DNA from: Deinococcaceae bacterium
GTDB lineage: Bacteria > Deinococcota > Deinococci > Deinococcales > Trueperaceae
Assembly (NCBI GenBank): GCA_040256005.1
Contig: JBDZWC010000041.1
Span: 1-21,458 of the forward strand
Length of the DNA: 21,458 nt
Reading direction: 5' to 3'
The stretch's first letter is position 1. Every line of letters starts with the position of its first letter. The notes below the pieces were generated by a model. The model saw only the letters and a program-made list of their open reading frames with translations, ran no database searches and was not told the DNA's origin. The position numbers were made by a program, and so were the translations under genes. Positions 1 through 7,834 of this stretch are shown here, one piece after another.

Positions 1-264
1 CTGAGGACGATAGACGTCGGTCCTGAGTCAGTACTCGAACTGATTAAGCGCGGGGCGGTGGAGATCGGGTTCAGACTCGAGGACGAGCTGGAGCCTGTCT
101 CTGCGCTAATGCGACGGTATCGGGACGTACGGATGTCGCTGGCTGGTGCCTGTTTGGTGCGGATGACGGAGCTTGACGCCAAGTGCGTCGTGATCACCGT
201 CGATAGCGACTTCGCGATATACCGCCGGAACCGCCGGCAGGTGGTACCGACGATCTCGCCTTAG
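1..264 (+). CDS. PIN-domain (VapC-like) protein, C-terminal part; 5' end lies outside the window; possibly inactivated
   Basis: Frame is open from base 1 (LRTIDVGPESVLELIKRGAV...). C-terminal pattern MRRYRDVRMSLAGACLVRMTE...VITVDSDFAIYRR resembles the PIN-family M(S/D)LADACLV...T.D.DF.IYR signature. The expected Asp is Gly (GGT, 145-147). Confidence 0.75.
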   Translation: MRTIDVGPESVLELIKRGAVEIGFRLEDELEPVSALMRRYRDVRMSLAGACLVRMTELDAKCVVITVDSDFAIYRRNRRQVVPTISP

Positions 265-307
265 TTTCACGCGGTTCCTCGCGGAGCAGCTCGAGGCTGT
301 AGTGGGA

Positions 308-404
308 CTACGCCGTCGCCAAACGAGAAGGAAAACCGGTCGTCTTCAAGGGCGATGACTTCAACCGAACAGACCTCGAGTTCGTGCGGTTGCCGCTCTC
401 TTGA
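308..404 (+). repeat. Left copy of a 97-bp direct repeat; orphan 3' fragment of vapC (YAVAKREGKPVVFKGDDFNRTDLEFVRLPLS*)
   Basis: Aligned by eye to 21136-21232 without gaps: 5 mismatches (cga/cgg, aaa/aga, ctc/ttc, ttg/ctg, tct/tcg). Identity ends exactly at the TGA stop. Confidence 0.95.
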
Positions 405-505
405 GCTATGTCCGTCATGGTGCCGGGGTAGTGGGAGCGCGTTCGGTGCCTCGGGAACCTGCTTTGGCGGAAATGGCCGCTCGTCAACCGTCCCTGAGCT
501 ATTGC

Positions 506-1366
506 TCAACGGCGGCGCCGCAGGCGACTTGGAGGCGCGCGATAACTTGACGGGTCGGAGCGCTCGCCTACGCTTGCTTCTTGTTCTTCTTGTACAGCAG
601 GCTCCCGCGCCAGCCTCGACGGCCACCACACCCGCGGCCCTATGTCGAGCGCCAGCGCTGGCACGAGCAACGAGCGCACGACGAAGGTGTCGAGCAGCAC
701 GCCGAACGCGACGATGAAGGCGAGCTGAACGAGGATGAGTATGGGAATGACGGCCAACGCCGCGAACTTGGCTGCCAGCACTAGACCGGCAGAGGTGATC
801 ACGCCGCCCGTGACCATCAGCCCGCGGATGACGCCCTGCCGCGTGCCGAACTTCAACGCCTCTTCACGGACTCGTATCGTCAGGAAGATTTTGTAGTCGA
901 TGCCTAGCGCCACCAGGATCACGAAGCCGCATAGAGGTACGGCCGGGTCGGTACCGGGAAGCCCAGCAGACCGTTGAAGACGAGAGCGGCGACACCCATG
1001 ATCGCGCCGAACGACAGGACGGTCGTCAGGATCAGTAGTACGGGCGCCAGTACCGAGCGGAGCAGCGCCATGAGGATCAGGGTGATGACCACCAGCACGA
1101 CGGGGATGATCAGCGTGCGGTCGCGTATGGAGGCGGCGATGGTGTCTATGGACGTCGCAGTGGTGCCGCCCACCGCCACGGCGCCTTGTACGGCCGAGGC
1201 CAGGTCGGAGCGCAACGCCTTGACCGTCTCCATCGCTTCGTCGGAGTCTGCCGCTGCGACCAGCGTGCCTTGCAGGAGAACGTTGCCGTCCACCACGGTG
1301 GGAGCGGCGGGCGCGGCCCCGGCTATCCGGCCGCGACCCCCTCCGCCGTGACGCTCGCCGCACCAG
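506..1366 (-). pseudogene. MMPL-family (RND superfamily) transporter, 5'-truncated and frameshifted C-terminal fragment
   Basis: One frame gives VGGTTA...RDRTLIIPVVLVVITLILMALLRSVLAP...GLLGFP. A 1-nt frameshift near 955 continues as GTDPAVPL.GFV.LVALGIDYKIF..RVREE...TGGVITSAGLVLAA.FAAL...GVLLDTFVVRSLLVPAL. GIDYN appears as GIDYK. The N-terminal two-thirds is absent. Confidence 0.9.
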
Positions 1367-1402
1367 TAACCGAACCAGAGGAGGTCACGGCTTCGCATAA
1401 CC

Positions 1403-1726
1403 CACGGCGCGGAACCGATAGGCTCGATCATGCGTTACCCTTTCCCGGAGATGTCGGAGCTAGAGGCCATCGAGCCCCACGGCATGCGCGACCACCATGT
1501 CGTGCCCATCGGCTCGCTCAACGGGCTGGCCTTCGAGGACAGCGAGGTGCTCTTACCGCTAAACATGAGCGACGTCACCCCGCCCTCCAGGAGCATGTCC
1601 GACCCTAGCCTGGCACGCAGTCTGCGCGGCGAGCGCATCGTCACCGAGAGCGCGGCCAAGCTTGTACGTTTCCTGAGCTGGTGGCGAACCCTCGATCCGG
1701 TCGCGCCGGAGAGACCGGCGGCATGA
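1403..1726 (+). pseudogene. Creatininase-family protein, C-terminal remnant
   Basis: Reading upstream of the annotated ATG gives HGAEPIGSIM, matching HGSEPVGSMA of 5092..5904. Downstream DVTPPSRSMSDP...RGERIV parallels DVSDTGTKGNP...RGRQYL. In-frame TAA at 1367-1369 and no N-terminal EQHG half. Confidence 0.75.
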
Positions 1727-1914
1727 GGGGGCTGATGATGCGGTTCGAGTTCCAGCTAGGCATTGGCCTAGCATTTCGCAAAGAGGTCTACCGGCTAAGG
1801 GGAGCGATCGCAAGTTCGGTCCTGCGCCCCCCCGGCGCTCAGATCGACCTCGTGAGCGCGGCCGAATTGCGCGGCGTGGCCGCGTTCTGCCAGCTCGAGT
1901 TGGGAGGCGACTAG
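1723..1914 (+). pseudogene. DapA/DHDPS-family protein with a large in-frame internal deletion
   Basis: ATG 1723 overlaps the previous stop (ATGA). MRGL is joined directly to MMRFEFQLGIGLAFRKEVYRLRG, which matches LLRYEFQPGIGLAFRKYVYRARG at the C-terminus of 5947..6870. Only 63 aa remain. Confidence 0.85.
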
Positions 1915-1915
1915 A

Positions 1916-2704
1916 ATGGACCTCCATCTAGAGGGTAAGCGGGCCCTCGTGCTAGCCGCTAGCAGCGGGCTGGGCCTCGCGGTTGCGAGCGAGCTCCACA
2001 TCGAAGGCGCGAGCGTCGCCCTCTGCAGCCGATCGATCGAGCGCGCACGCGAAGCGGCCGCCGACATCGCCGGTCCTGAAGGCTCACCACAAGTGCACGC
2101 CTTCGAGGCTGACGTCAGCGACGCACCCAGCCTCGAGAAGCTGTTCGCTGATGCCGTTGGTGCGCTTGGCGGTCTGGACATCCTGGTGTGCAACGCCGGC
2201 GGCCCGCCCCCAGGCGGCTTCAGCGCGCTATCCGAGGACGACTGGGACGACGCCTATCGGCTGACGTTACTGAGCGTGGTTAGGAGCGTGCGGCTCGCTG
2301 TCCCGCACTTGGAGGTCGGAGGGGGGTCGATCCTCGCACTCGCCTCTTCCAGCGTCAAGCAGCCGATCCCTAATCTGCTGCTCTCGAACGTGTTCAGACC
2401 CTCGGTGAACGCTCTCTGCAAGCACCTCGCCAGTGAGCTCGCTCCCAAAGGCATCCGGGTGAACGTGCTGTCGCCGGGGCGCATCCACACTAAACGCATC
2501 GAGGAGCTTGACGCCGCGGCCGCCAAGCGTCAGGGCAAGTCCGTAGAGGAGGTCAGGCAGGCCTCGATAGCGGCGATCCCGCTGGGACGGCTCGGGGAGC
2601 CGGCCGAGTTCGGCCGCGTCGGAGCGTTCCTGTGCAGCGGCGCGGCCTCGTACGTCACGGGCAGCTCGTGGCTCGTTGACGGAGGGATGGTCAAGTCCCT
2701 CTAG
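1916..2704 (+). CDS. Short-chain dehydrogenase/reductase (SDR), atypical subgroup
   Basis: MDLHLEGKRALVLAASSGLG nucleotide-binding start, LDILVCNAGGPP, GIRVNVLSPGRI and YVTGS..VDGG. The catalytic position reads SNVFR rather than YxxxK. GGAGG RBS at 1903-1907. Confidence 0.92.
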   Translation: MDLHLEGKRALVLAASSGLGLAVASELHIEGASVALCSRSIERAREAAADIAGPEGSPQVHAFEADVSDAPSLEKLFADAVGALGGLDILVCNAGGPPPGGFSALSEDDWDDAYRLTLLSVVRSVRLAVPHLEVGGGSILALASSSVKQPIPNLLLSNVFRPSVNALCKHLASELAPKGIRVNVLSPGRIHTKRIEELDAAAAKRQGKSVEEVRQASIAAIPLGRLGEPAEFGRVGAFLCSGAASYVTGSSWLVDGGMVKSL

Positions 2705-2750
2705 CTTGAGCGCGCGCGACGTAGCTCTGGAGCCTAAGGCGCCTGACGCA

Positions 2751-3060
2751 GTGGCCGACGACGCGCGAGTAAATCGCCGTCCCGGGCCGCCTCTGCCTCT
2801 GCGGCTGTGGAGACTCTTCATCGCCTTCGCCCGCGTAGGGACCTTCGGCTTCGGGGGTGGACCTTCGATGATCCCATTGATCCGCAACGAGGTAGTCAAG
2901 GCTAACGGATGGACGAGCGACGAGGAATTCATGGAACTCTACGCCGTCGCCAGCTCGTTAACGGGGCCCATCGCAATCAACCTGGCCGGTCACTTCGGCC
3001 GCCGCGTTGCGGGCGTACCGGGTGCACTAGCCGGCCTGCTGGGACTGACGTCGCCTTCGG
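2751..3060 (+). pseudogene. chrA: Short-chain chromate transporter (CHR family), first subunit, 3'-truncated
   Basis: FARVGTFGFGGGPSMIPLIRNEVV...W...EEF.E.YA....LTGPIAINLA is the CHR N-terminal motif. Similarity stops after GLTSPS near 3060. Confidence 0.85.
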
Positions 3061-3063
3061 GCC

Positions 3064-3537
3064 CCGCTGATCCGCAGCGAGGTCGTTTAGCTCCGTGGTT
3101 GGCTCAGCCCGGACGCCTTTTTGGACGCGTTCGCCTTCGGCAACGCGCTGCCGGGGGCCATAGCGACCAAGCCGGCGATGGACGTGGGCCATGACCTAGC
3201 AGGCTGGTCAGGCGCCGTGGCCGCGTTGCTCGGGGCGACGGTGCCAACGCTTGTCGTGCTCCTGCTCGTCGCTCAGGCCGTGATGAGGGCCAAGGATAAC
3301 GCGACACTACGCGCAGCGATCACCGGGATCCGACCGGTCGTCGTCGCGCTGCTTCTCTTGGTCGCCTGGGACTTTGCGCCAAGCGCGCTTGGTGGGCTGG
3401 GTCAGATCGGCGCCCACTGGCCACGATGGGCCCTGGCGGCCGCCAGCCTCTTCCTAACTCTCGCTCACAGCTTGCACCCCGTGAACCTTATCGTTCTGGG
3501 AGCCGGCGCGGGAATGCTGTTCGGCCCGAGTCGCTAA
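3064..3537 (+). pseudogene. chrA: Short-chain chromate transporter (CHR family), second subunit; 5' end deleted, internal stop
   Basis: Frame reads PLIRSEVV*LRGWLSPDAFLDAFAFGNALPGAIATK...GIRPVVVALL. TAG at 3088-3090. The FGGG motif is missing. Confidence 0.85.
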
Positions 3538-3911
3538 TCGGAAGTAGTCTGCGCTCCGTTCAATCGAGGGTGTGCACAGTCTATCTGTCGAACGCCAGGC
3601 CAACGTCATACGCACTGTCTCATTGTCCGCGCTCTAACTGCAAAGGTCGACGGGGAGCCCGATTGCATTTGGAGGTTCTAGGTATCCGATGTTGACCATT
3701 CCTGTCACCCAGCAAGATGCAGGCTGGCGAGTCGTGCGTTGCCGCACCGGATGTACTGGAGAGCTGATGCGCTGCACTCTGGGTCAATCATTGATCCCCT
3801 CTGCCAGCCGAGTTGTGAGACGGCCGCTTCGCTGTTCACATGAAGTTTAGGGAGGGCGAACCTGCTGACTCACCTGCTATCCCCAGGGTGCGCGTGGCCT
3901 AATAACGCACC

Positions 3912-4154
3912 ATGTCGCTTGCGAACCTCGCCGGTCGGACGATGGCCTATCTCGTGTCGGGGCACGAGACCGGCCGCAGCCTCTTGCTGTGGGGGCGGCA
4001 CCGCTGACGACGCTGGGAGCCCGAGCCGCTCAGGTACCTGGGCGTCAACGTCGGGCTGTGGCTGACGCGCTCGGCGGACCGCGAGGAGGCTCGGACGGGT
4101 AAGCCGTGCGCGCGGGCCCGACTAGGGACCCGGTTGAGGGGGAAGCGGGGATGA
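3912..4154 (+). pseudogene. FAD-dependent oxidoreductase (DadA/PuuB-like), C-terminal remnant with internal stop
   Basis: Not in the ORF track. Manual translation: MSLANLAGRTMAYLVSG.ET....L.W..HR*RRWEPEPLRYLGVNVGL...RSADREEARTGKP. NLAGRT and HRSRRWEPEPLR are C-terminal signatures recalled for this family. TGA at 4005-4007. Confidence 0.75.
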
Positions 4155-4234
4155 GGGCTTGGAGGGTTCAGCAGCAGGGTCCGGCGTGCTCGGAAGCAAT
4201 GCCGGAGAGCGCTCACCTGCGCGGTCCGGTCTAA
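4151..4234 (+). pseudogene. Possible N-terminal stub of an MDR/quinone oxidoreductase
   Basis: ATGA overlap with the previous remnant. MRAWRVQQQGP resembles MDR N-termini (MRAWxV...G.P). Stops after 27 codons. Confidence 0.4.
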
Positions 4235-4246
4235 GTGGCCCCTAGT

Positions 4247-4933
4247 TCATCTGTAGACGAGGTCTAGCTGTCCTACAGCAGCGACAGTCGCTCTGATCTG
4301 GTCGCCGCGCTCGACCGCCTGGACGCCGGCGGGCGTGCCGGTCAGTATCAGGTCGCCGGGCGCCAGGAGCACCTGCTCGCTCAGGTGAGCGATGACCTCG
4401 GCGACCGACCAGATCTGTTGGCTCAGGTCGCTGTCCTGCCGGACCTCACCGTTCACGCTCAAGGTTATGGAACCGGTGGTCGGGTGACCCACATCCGAGA
4501 CCGGAGCCAGCTCGCTGACGACGGCGGAGCGGTCGAACCCCTTCGCCATGTCCCATGGACGGCGCAGCCGCTTCGCTTCCTCCTGGACGTCTCTCTTGGT
4601 CATGTCGAGCCCGACCCCGTAGCCGAACACGTGGTCCAACGAGTTGGCCGTCGGTATGCGCGCCCCGCCTTCGCCGATGGCCACGACGAGCTCGACCTCT
4701 GGGTGCAAGTTGGCGGTACCGCTTGGGTAGTCGAGGACCGAGACGCCTGACACCAGGTCGTCCGCCGGCTTCGAGAAGAAGAACGGTGGCTCGCGGCCCG
4801 GGTCGTGGCCCATCTCCTTGGCATGGTCCGCGTAGTTGCGGCCCACGCAGTAGACCCTGCGGACGGGAAACCTCGCGTCCGAGCCCAGCACAGACACCGA
4901 CGGGCGTGGACCGGGTTCAAGAACGTACCTCAT
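4247..4933 (-). CDS. Fumarylacetoacetate hydrolase (FAH) family protein, acylpyruvate/fumarylpyruvate hydrolase-like
   Basis: FPVRRVYCVGRNYADHAKEMG, HPEVELVV, GLDMTKRDVQ, PWDMAKGFD and GDLILTGTPAGV motifs. Start moved to ATG 4933 (MRYVLEP), which has an AGGAGG RBS at 4941-4946. Confidence 0.93.
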   Translation of the reverse strand: MRYVLEPGPRPSVSVLGSDARFPVRRVYCVGRNYADHAKEMGHDPGREPPFFFSKPADDLVSGVSVLDYPSGTANLHPEVELVVAIGEGGARIPTANSLDHVFGYGVGLDMTKRDVQEEAKRLRRPWDMAKGFDRSAVVSELAPVSDVGHPTTGSITLSVNGEVRQDSDLSQQIWSVAEVIAHLSEQVLLAPGDLILTGTPAGVQAVERGDQIRATVAAVGQLDLVYR

Positions 4934-4965
4934 CGAGATCCCTCCTCGGGAGCGGGTCGCTCCGG

Positions 4966-5020
4966 TCCCTGTCAGTCGACCGGCGGGCGGTCGGGCGCCC
5001 CGCCCGTATCTCGACAGGGA
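4966..5020. other. Nested inverted repeats (stem-loop) upstream of the FAH gene
   Basis: TCCCTGTC (4966-4973) pairs with GACAGGGA (5013-5020), enclosing CGGGCGG (4984-4990) / CCGCCCG (5000-5006). Confidence 0.45.
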
Positions 5021-5063
5021 TGGGTGTAGCCGCAAGCGGACCGGGGGGACGGTAAGCCTGCGG

Positions 5064-5086
5064 CTGCATGCTGCATACCGTATGCT
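5064..5086 (+). promoter_or_regulatory. Candidate GntR operator overlapping a -10 element (probable leaderless promoter)
   Basis: CTGCATGCTGCATACCGTATGCT contains the perfect inverted repeat GCATAC-C-GTATGC (5073-5085). TATGCT (5081-5086) lies 5 nt before ATG 5092 with no SD sequence. A near-identical motif occurs at 19250-19263. Confidence 0.65.
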
Positions 5087-5091
5087 GAACC

Positions 5092-5904
5092 ATGACTGCA
5101 ACTAGGAAGACCGCACTCGCACGCATGACATGGAAGGAAGTCGAGGCGCTCCCCAAAGACCGCACCGTGGTTCTCGTCCCCGTGGCCGCCATCGAACAGC
5201 ACGGCCATCAGACGCCAACCGGTGTAGACCTGATGGTCGCCGACCACTTCTGTGAAGAGGTGACGGCGCGCACCGATGCCGTTCACCTGCCTGCGGTCCC
5301 GTTCGGGTGCTCCCAGTTCTACGGGAGGTTCCCGGGGACGATCGTGGTCCGTCCCTCGACGCTACATGCGTACCTGAAAGACGTCTCCGTCTCGCTCGTC
5401 CGCCACGGCTTCACCCACCTGATGTTCGTCGACAACCACCTGGGCAACGCCTCGGTCGTCGAACATGTCGCTTGGGAGCTGCGTGACGAGCTCGGCGTGG
5501 TTCCTGCCAGGGTGTTCCCGTACAACATCGGGAAGGCGTTGGGGCGCGACCTGTACGGCAGTGGCGTCGAGAGCTGGGGTCACGGCTCCGAACCGGTCGG
5601 TTCGATGGCGATGGCCCTCGCGGAGAGCGACATGCGGATGGACCTCGCCACCGAGGACGCCTGGAAGGACCTGCAAGGGCACAGCGCCACTGCACCAACG
5701 GAGCTGAGGCTCGGCCAGGCAAGCTTCAGCTTCTACTTCGACGAGAAGGACGTTTCCGACACCGGCACCAAGGGGAACCCACATGTCATCGACGGTGAGC
5801 GTGGCAGGCAGTACCTGCGGAGGATCGTCGACTTCGGCGTCCAGGCGGTGGAGGCCTTCGCGAGCATGGACACCAGGGCCGAAACGGTGAGGCACCGTGC
5901 GTAG
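5092..5904 (+). CDS. Creatininase-family metal-dependent amidohydrolase
   Basis: MTWKEV...PVAAIEQHGH..P.GVD, PFGCS......FPGTI, GFTHL.FVDNHLGN and HGSE motifs. Confidence 0.92.
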   Translation: MTATRKTALARMTWKEVEALPKDRTVVLVPVAAIEQHGHQTPTGVDLMVADHFCEEVTARTDAVHLPAVPFGCSQFYGRFPGTIVVRPSTLHAYLKDVSVSLVRHGFTHLMFVDNHLGNASVVEHVAWELRDELGVVPARVFPYNIGKALGRDLYGSGVESWGHGSEPVGSMAMALAESDMRMDLATEDAWKDLQGHSATAPTELRLGQASFSFYFDEKDVSDTGTKGNPHVIDGERGRQYLRRIVDFGVQAVEAFASMDTRAETVRHRA

Positions 5905-5946
5905 TCGCCAAGGCATGGCAAGTGCTCGTGGGGTAAGGAGACGAGA

Positions 5947-6870
5947 TTGAGCAGCGTGAGGAAGTTGACGGGGGTCATCCCCATCCTGCCTACGCCGTTC
6001 GCCGACGATGGCGGGCTGGATTCGGCGAGCATGGGCCGGCTCATAGAGCTTATGGTCCAGGTTGGCGCGGACGGCGTGGCGATACTCGGGTTCCTTGGCG
6101 AAGCTCACAAGCTGGCTGAGGCCGAGCGCAACCAGGTGGTCCGTACCGTCGTCGACGCCGCTCAGGGCCGACTAAGCGTGTGCGTGGGCGTGCGCGCGTT
6201 GGGCACCGCGGGGGCCATCGAGCAGGCACAGGCGGCGGCGTCTCTCGGTGCCGACGCCGTGCTCGTCGCGCCGATAGCCCCTCAGAACGACGAGGCGCTC
6301 TACCAGCACTTCAAGGCTGTCGCCACGAGCGTGGACGTTCCTGTGGTGCTCCACGACTATCCGGCTTCGTTCGGGATCACGATGTCCGTCCCCCTCATCG
6401 CGCGCCTCAACGCCGAGGGCTACGCGCCCTACCTGAAACAGGAGGACGTGCCTCCGCTGTCCAAGCTGACCAAGGTGATGGAAGGGACGAGCGGCGGGAT
6501 TGGCGCCTTCGGTGGCCTAGGCGGACAGTACTTCCTCGAAGAGCTCGACCGTGGAGCGGCTGGGATCATGACCGGGTTCGCGTTCCCCGAGGTACTCGTC
6601 GACATATATCGGCGGTACAGGGCCGGCGACGTGAACGGTGCTGCCCAGGCGTTCCACGAGGTGGTCGACCTGTTGCGCTACGAGTTCCAACCCGGGATCG
6701 GCCTGGCGTTCAGGAAGTACGTCTACCGGGCACGCGGAGTCTTCTCGACGGAGGTATGCCGTAGCCCGGCCTCGGCGTTGAGCGAGAAGGACCGCGATGA
6801 GTACGTTGGCATCGCCAAGCGCAGTGGCTTGGAGTTGGAGAAGGAGCGGGCCGGAGATGGAAATGAATAG
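5947..6870 (+). CDS. DapA/DHDPS/NAL-family class I aldolase or dehydratase (not canonical DapA)
   Basis: GVIPILPTPF, GFLGE in place of GTTGE, HDYP, Schiff-base Lys in YLKQE, and GAAGIMTG. TTG start with AAGGAG RBS at 5935-5940. Confidence 0.92.
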   Translation: MSSVRKLTGVIPILPTPFADDGGLDSASMGRLIELMVQVGADGVAILGFLGEAHKLAEAERNQVVRTVVDAAQGRLSVCVGVRALGTAGAIEQAQAAASLGADAVLVAPIAPQNDEALYQHFKAVATSVDVPVVLHDYPASFGITMSVPLIARLNAEGYAPYLKQEDVPPLSKLTKVMEGTSGGIGAFGGLGGQYFLEELDRGAAGIMTGFAFPEVLVDIYRRYRAGDVNGAAQAFHEVVDLLRYEFQPGIGLAFRKYVYRARGVFSTEVCRSPASALSEKDRDEYVGIAKRSGLELEKERAGDGNE

Positions 6871-7834
6871 GCACGATCACCTCTACGGAGCGCGTCGTCT
6901 CGTGACCATCTGTACAGACGTACAGCCGGGCGAACGCGTGCTCATAGTCAGGGACAGCTCGACGAGCAGGGTCATCGCGGCTGCTCTGGCAGACGCGACG
7001 CGCGAGGTCGGTGGGGTCCCGACCATCCTCGAGGTGGAGGACGCGAAGACGGACTCGGGTGAGCCGCCCGAGAAGGTGCGAGCCGCCCTCGTGACGGCAG
7101 ACGTGGTCTTCGCAGCCGTGCAGGTGTCGATCACGCACACGCATGCCGTCCAGGCTGCCTGCAAGCGTGGCGCCCGCGTCGCCGCCCTGACCCAGTGGGT
7201 GCCAGAGATGCTGTTGGGTGGTGGCATCGACGCCGACTTCCGGGCGATCGAACCGACGGTCCTTAAGGTGGCGAAGGTGTTCGACGAAGGGTCGAGGGTC
7301 ACGGTTCGAACTCGGATCGGCACCGACATGGTCCTCGACATATCCGGTAGGAAGGCAACCCCCCACGCGAAGACCGGCGTTGTGCGGGCTGGTCAGTTTC
7401 ATCCGATACCTGACATCGAAGCTCCCGTGTCGCCTGTCACCGGAAGCGGAGTGATCGTCTGCGACGCGAGCATCCCCTACCTCGGCATCGGTCTCTTGAA
7501 GGAGCCGGTGGTGTTGAAGGTCGTCGACGGAAGCGTCGTCTCGATCGAGGGAGGTCAGGCGGCGGCCACGGTTCGCGAGAAGTGGGAGAGCCTCGGGGAC
7601 CCGAACGTGTACCACCTGGCCGAGCTGGGGATCGGGATGAACCCTGAGGCCAGACTGACCGGCCGGATGCTCGACGACGAAGGCGTGGCGACGACCTGCC
7701 ACTTCGGCATCGGGACGAGCGACACCCTGGGCGGCAACGTCAAGGCGCCGAGCCACTTCGACTTCGTACTGAACGCCCCGACGATCGTCGTCGACGACAT
7801 CGTCGTCATGGAGGAGGGACGCCTCAAGCTCTGA
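6863..7834 (+). CDS. M29/AmpS (aminopeptidase T)-like metalloprotein, paralog 1
   Basis: VQPGERVLIV.D, EPP, GTD..L...GR, P..E....P, AELGIGMNP, DDEG, HFGIG and GG...APSHFD. Start ATG 6863 follows GGAG and overlaps the upstream stop. Confidence 0.85.
   Translation: MNRHDHLYGARRLVTICTDVQPGERVLIVRDSSTSRVIAAALADATREVGGVPTILEVEDAKTDSGEPPEKVRAALVTADVVFAAVQVSITHTHAVQAACKRGARVAALTQWVPEMLLGGGIDADFRAIEPTVLKVAKVFDEGSRVTVRTRIGTDMVLDISGRKATPHAKTGVVRAGQFHPIPDIEAPVSPVTGSGVIVCDASIPYLGIGLLKEPVVLKVVDGSVVSIEGGQAAATVREKWESLGDPNVYHLAELGIGMNPEARLTGRMLDDEGVATTCHFGIGTSDTLGGNVKAPSHFDFVLNAPTIVVDDIVVMEEGRLKL

Noticed and set aside
3538..3911. Riboswitch/ncRNA or a LysR C-terminal remnant in the lower-GC spacer
   Set aside because: No recognisable RNA consensus. 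A minus-strand reading (RMTLAWRSTDRLCTPSIERSADYFR) is only faintly LysR-like and interrupted by a stop, so it needs Infernal or BLASTX to call.
4934..5101. N-terminal extensions in the ORF track (FAH from 5101; also M29 starts at 6797 and 15620)
   Set aside because: They overlap neighbouring genes or promoters, lack family similarity, and better SD-supported starts lie downstream.
5947..6870. Housekeeping dapA of lysine biosynthesis
   Set aside because: GTTGE is replaced by GFLGE and the gene sits inside a catabolic operon.
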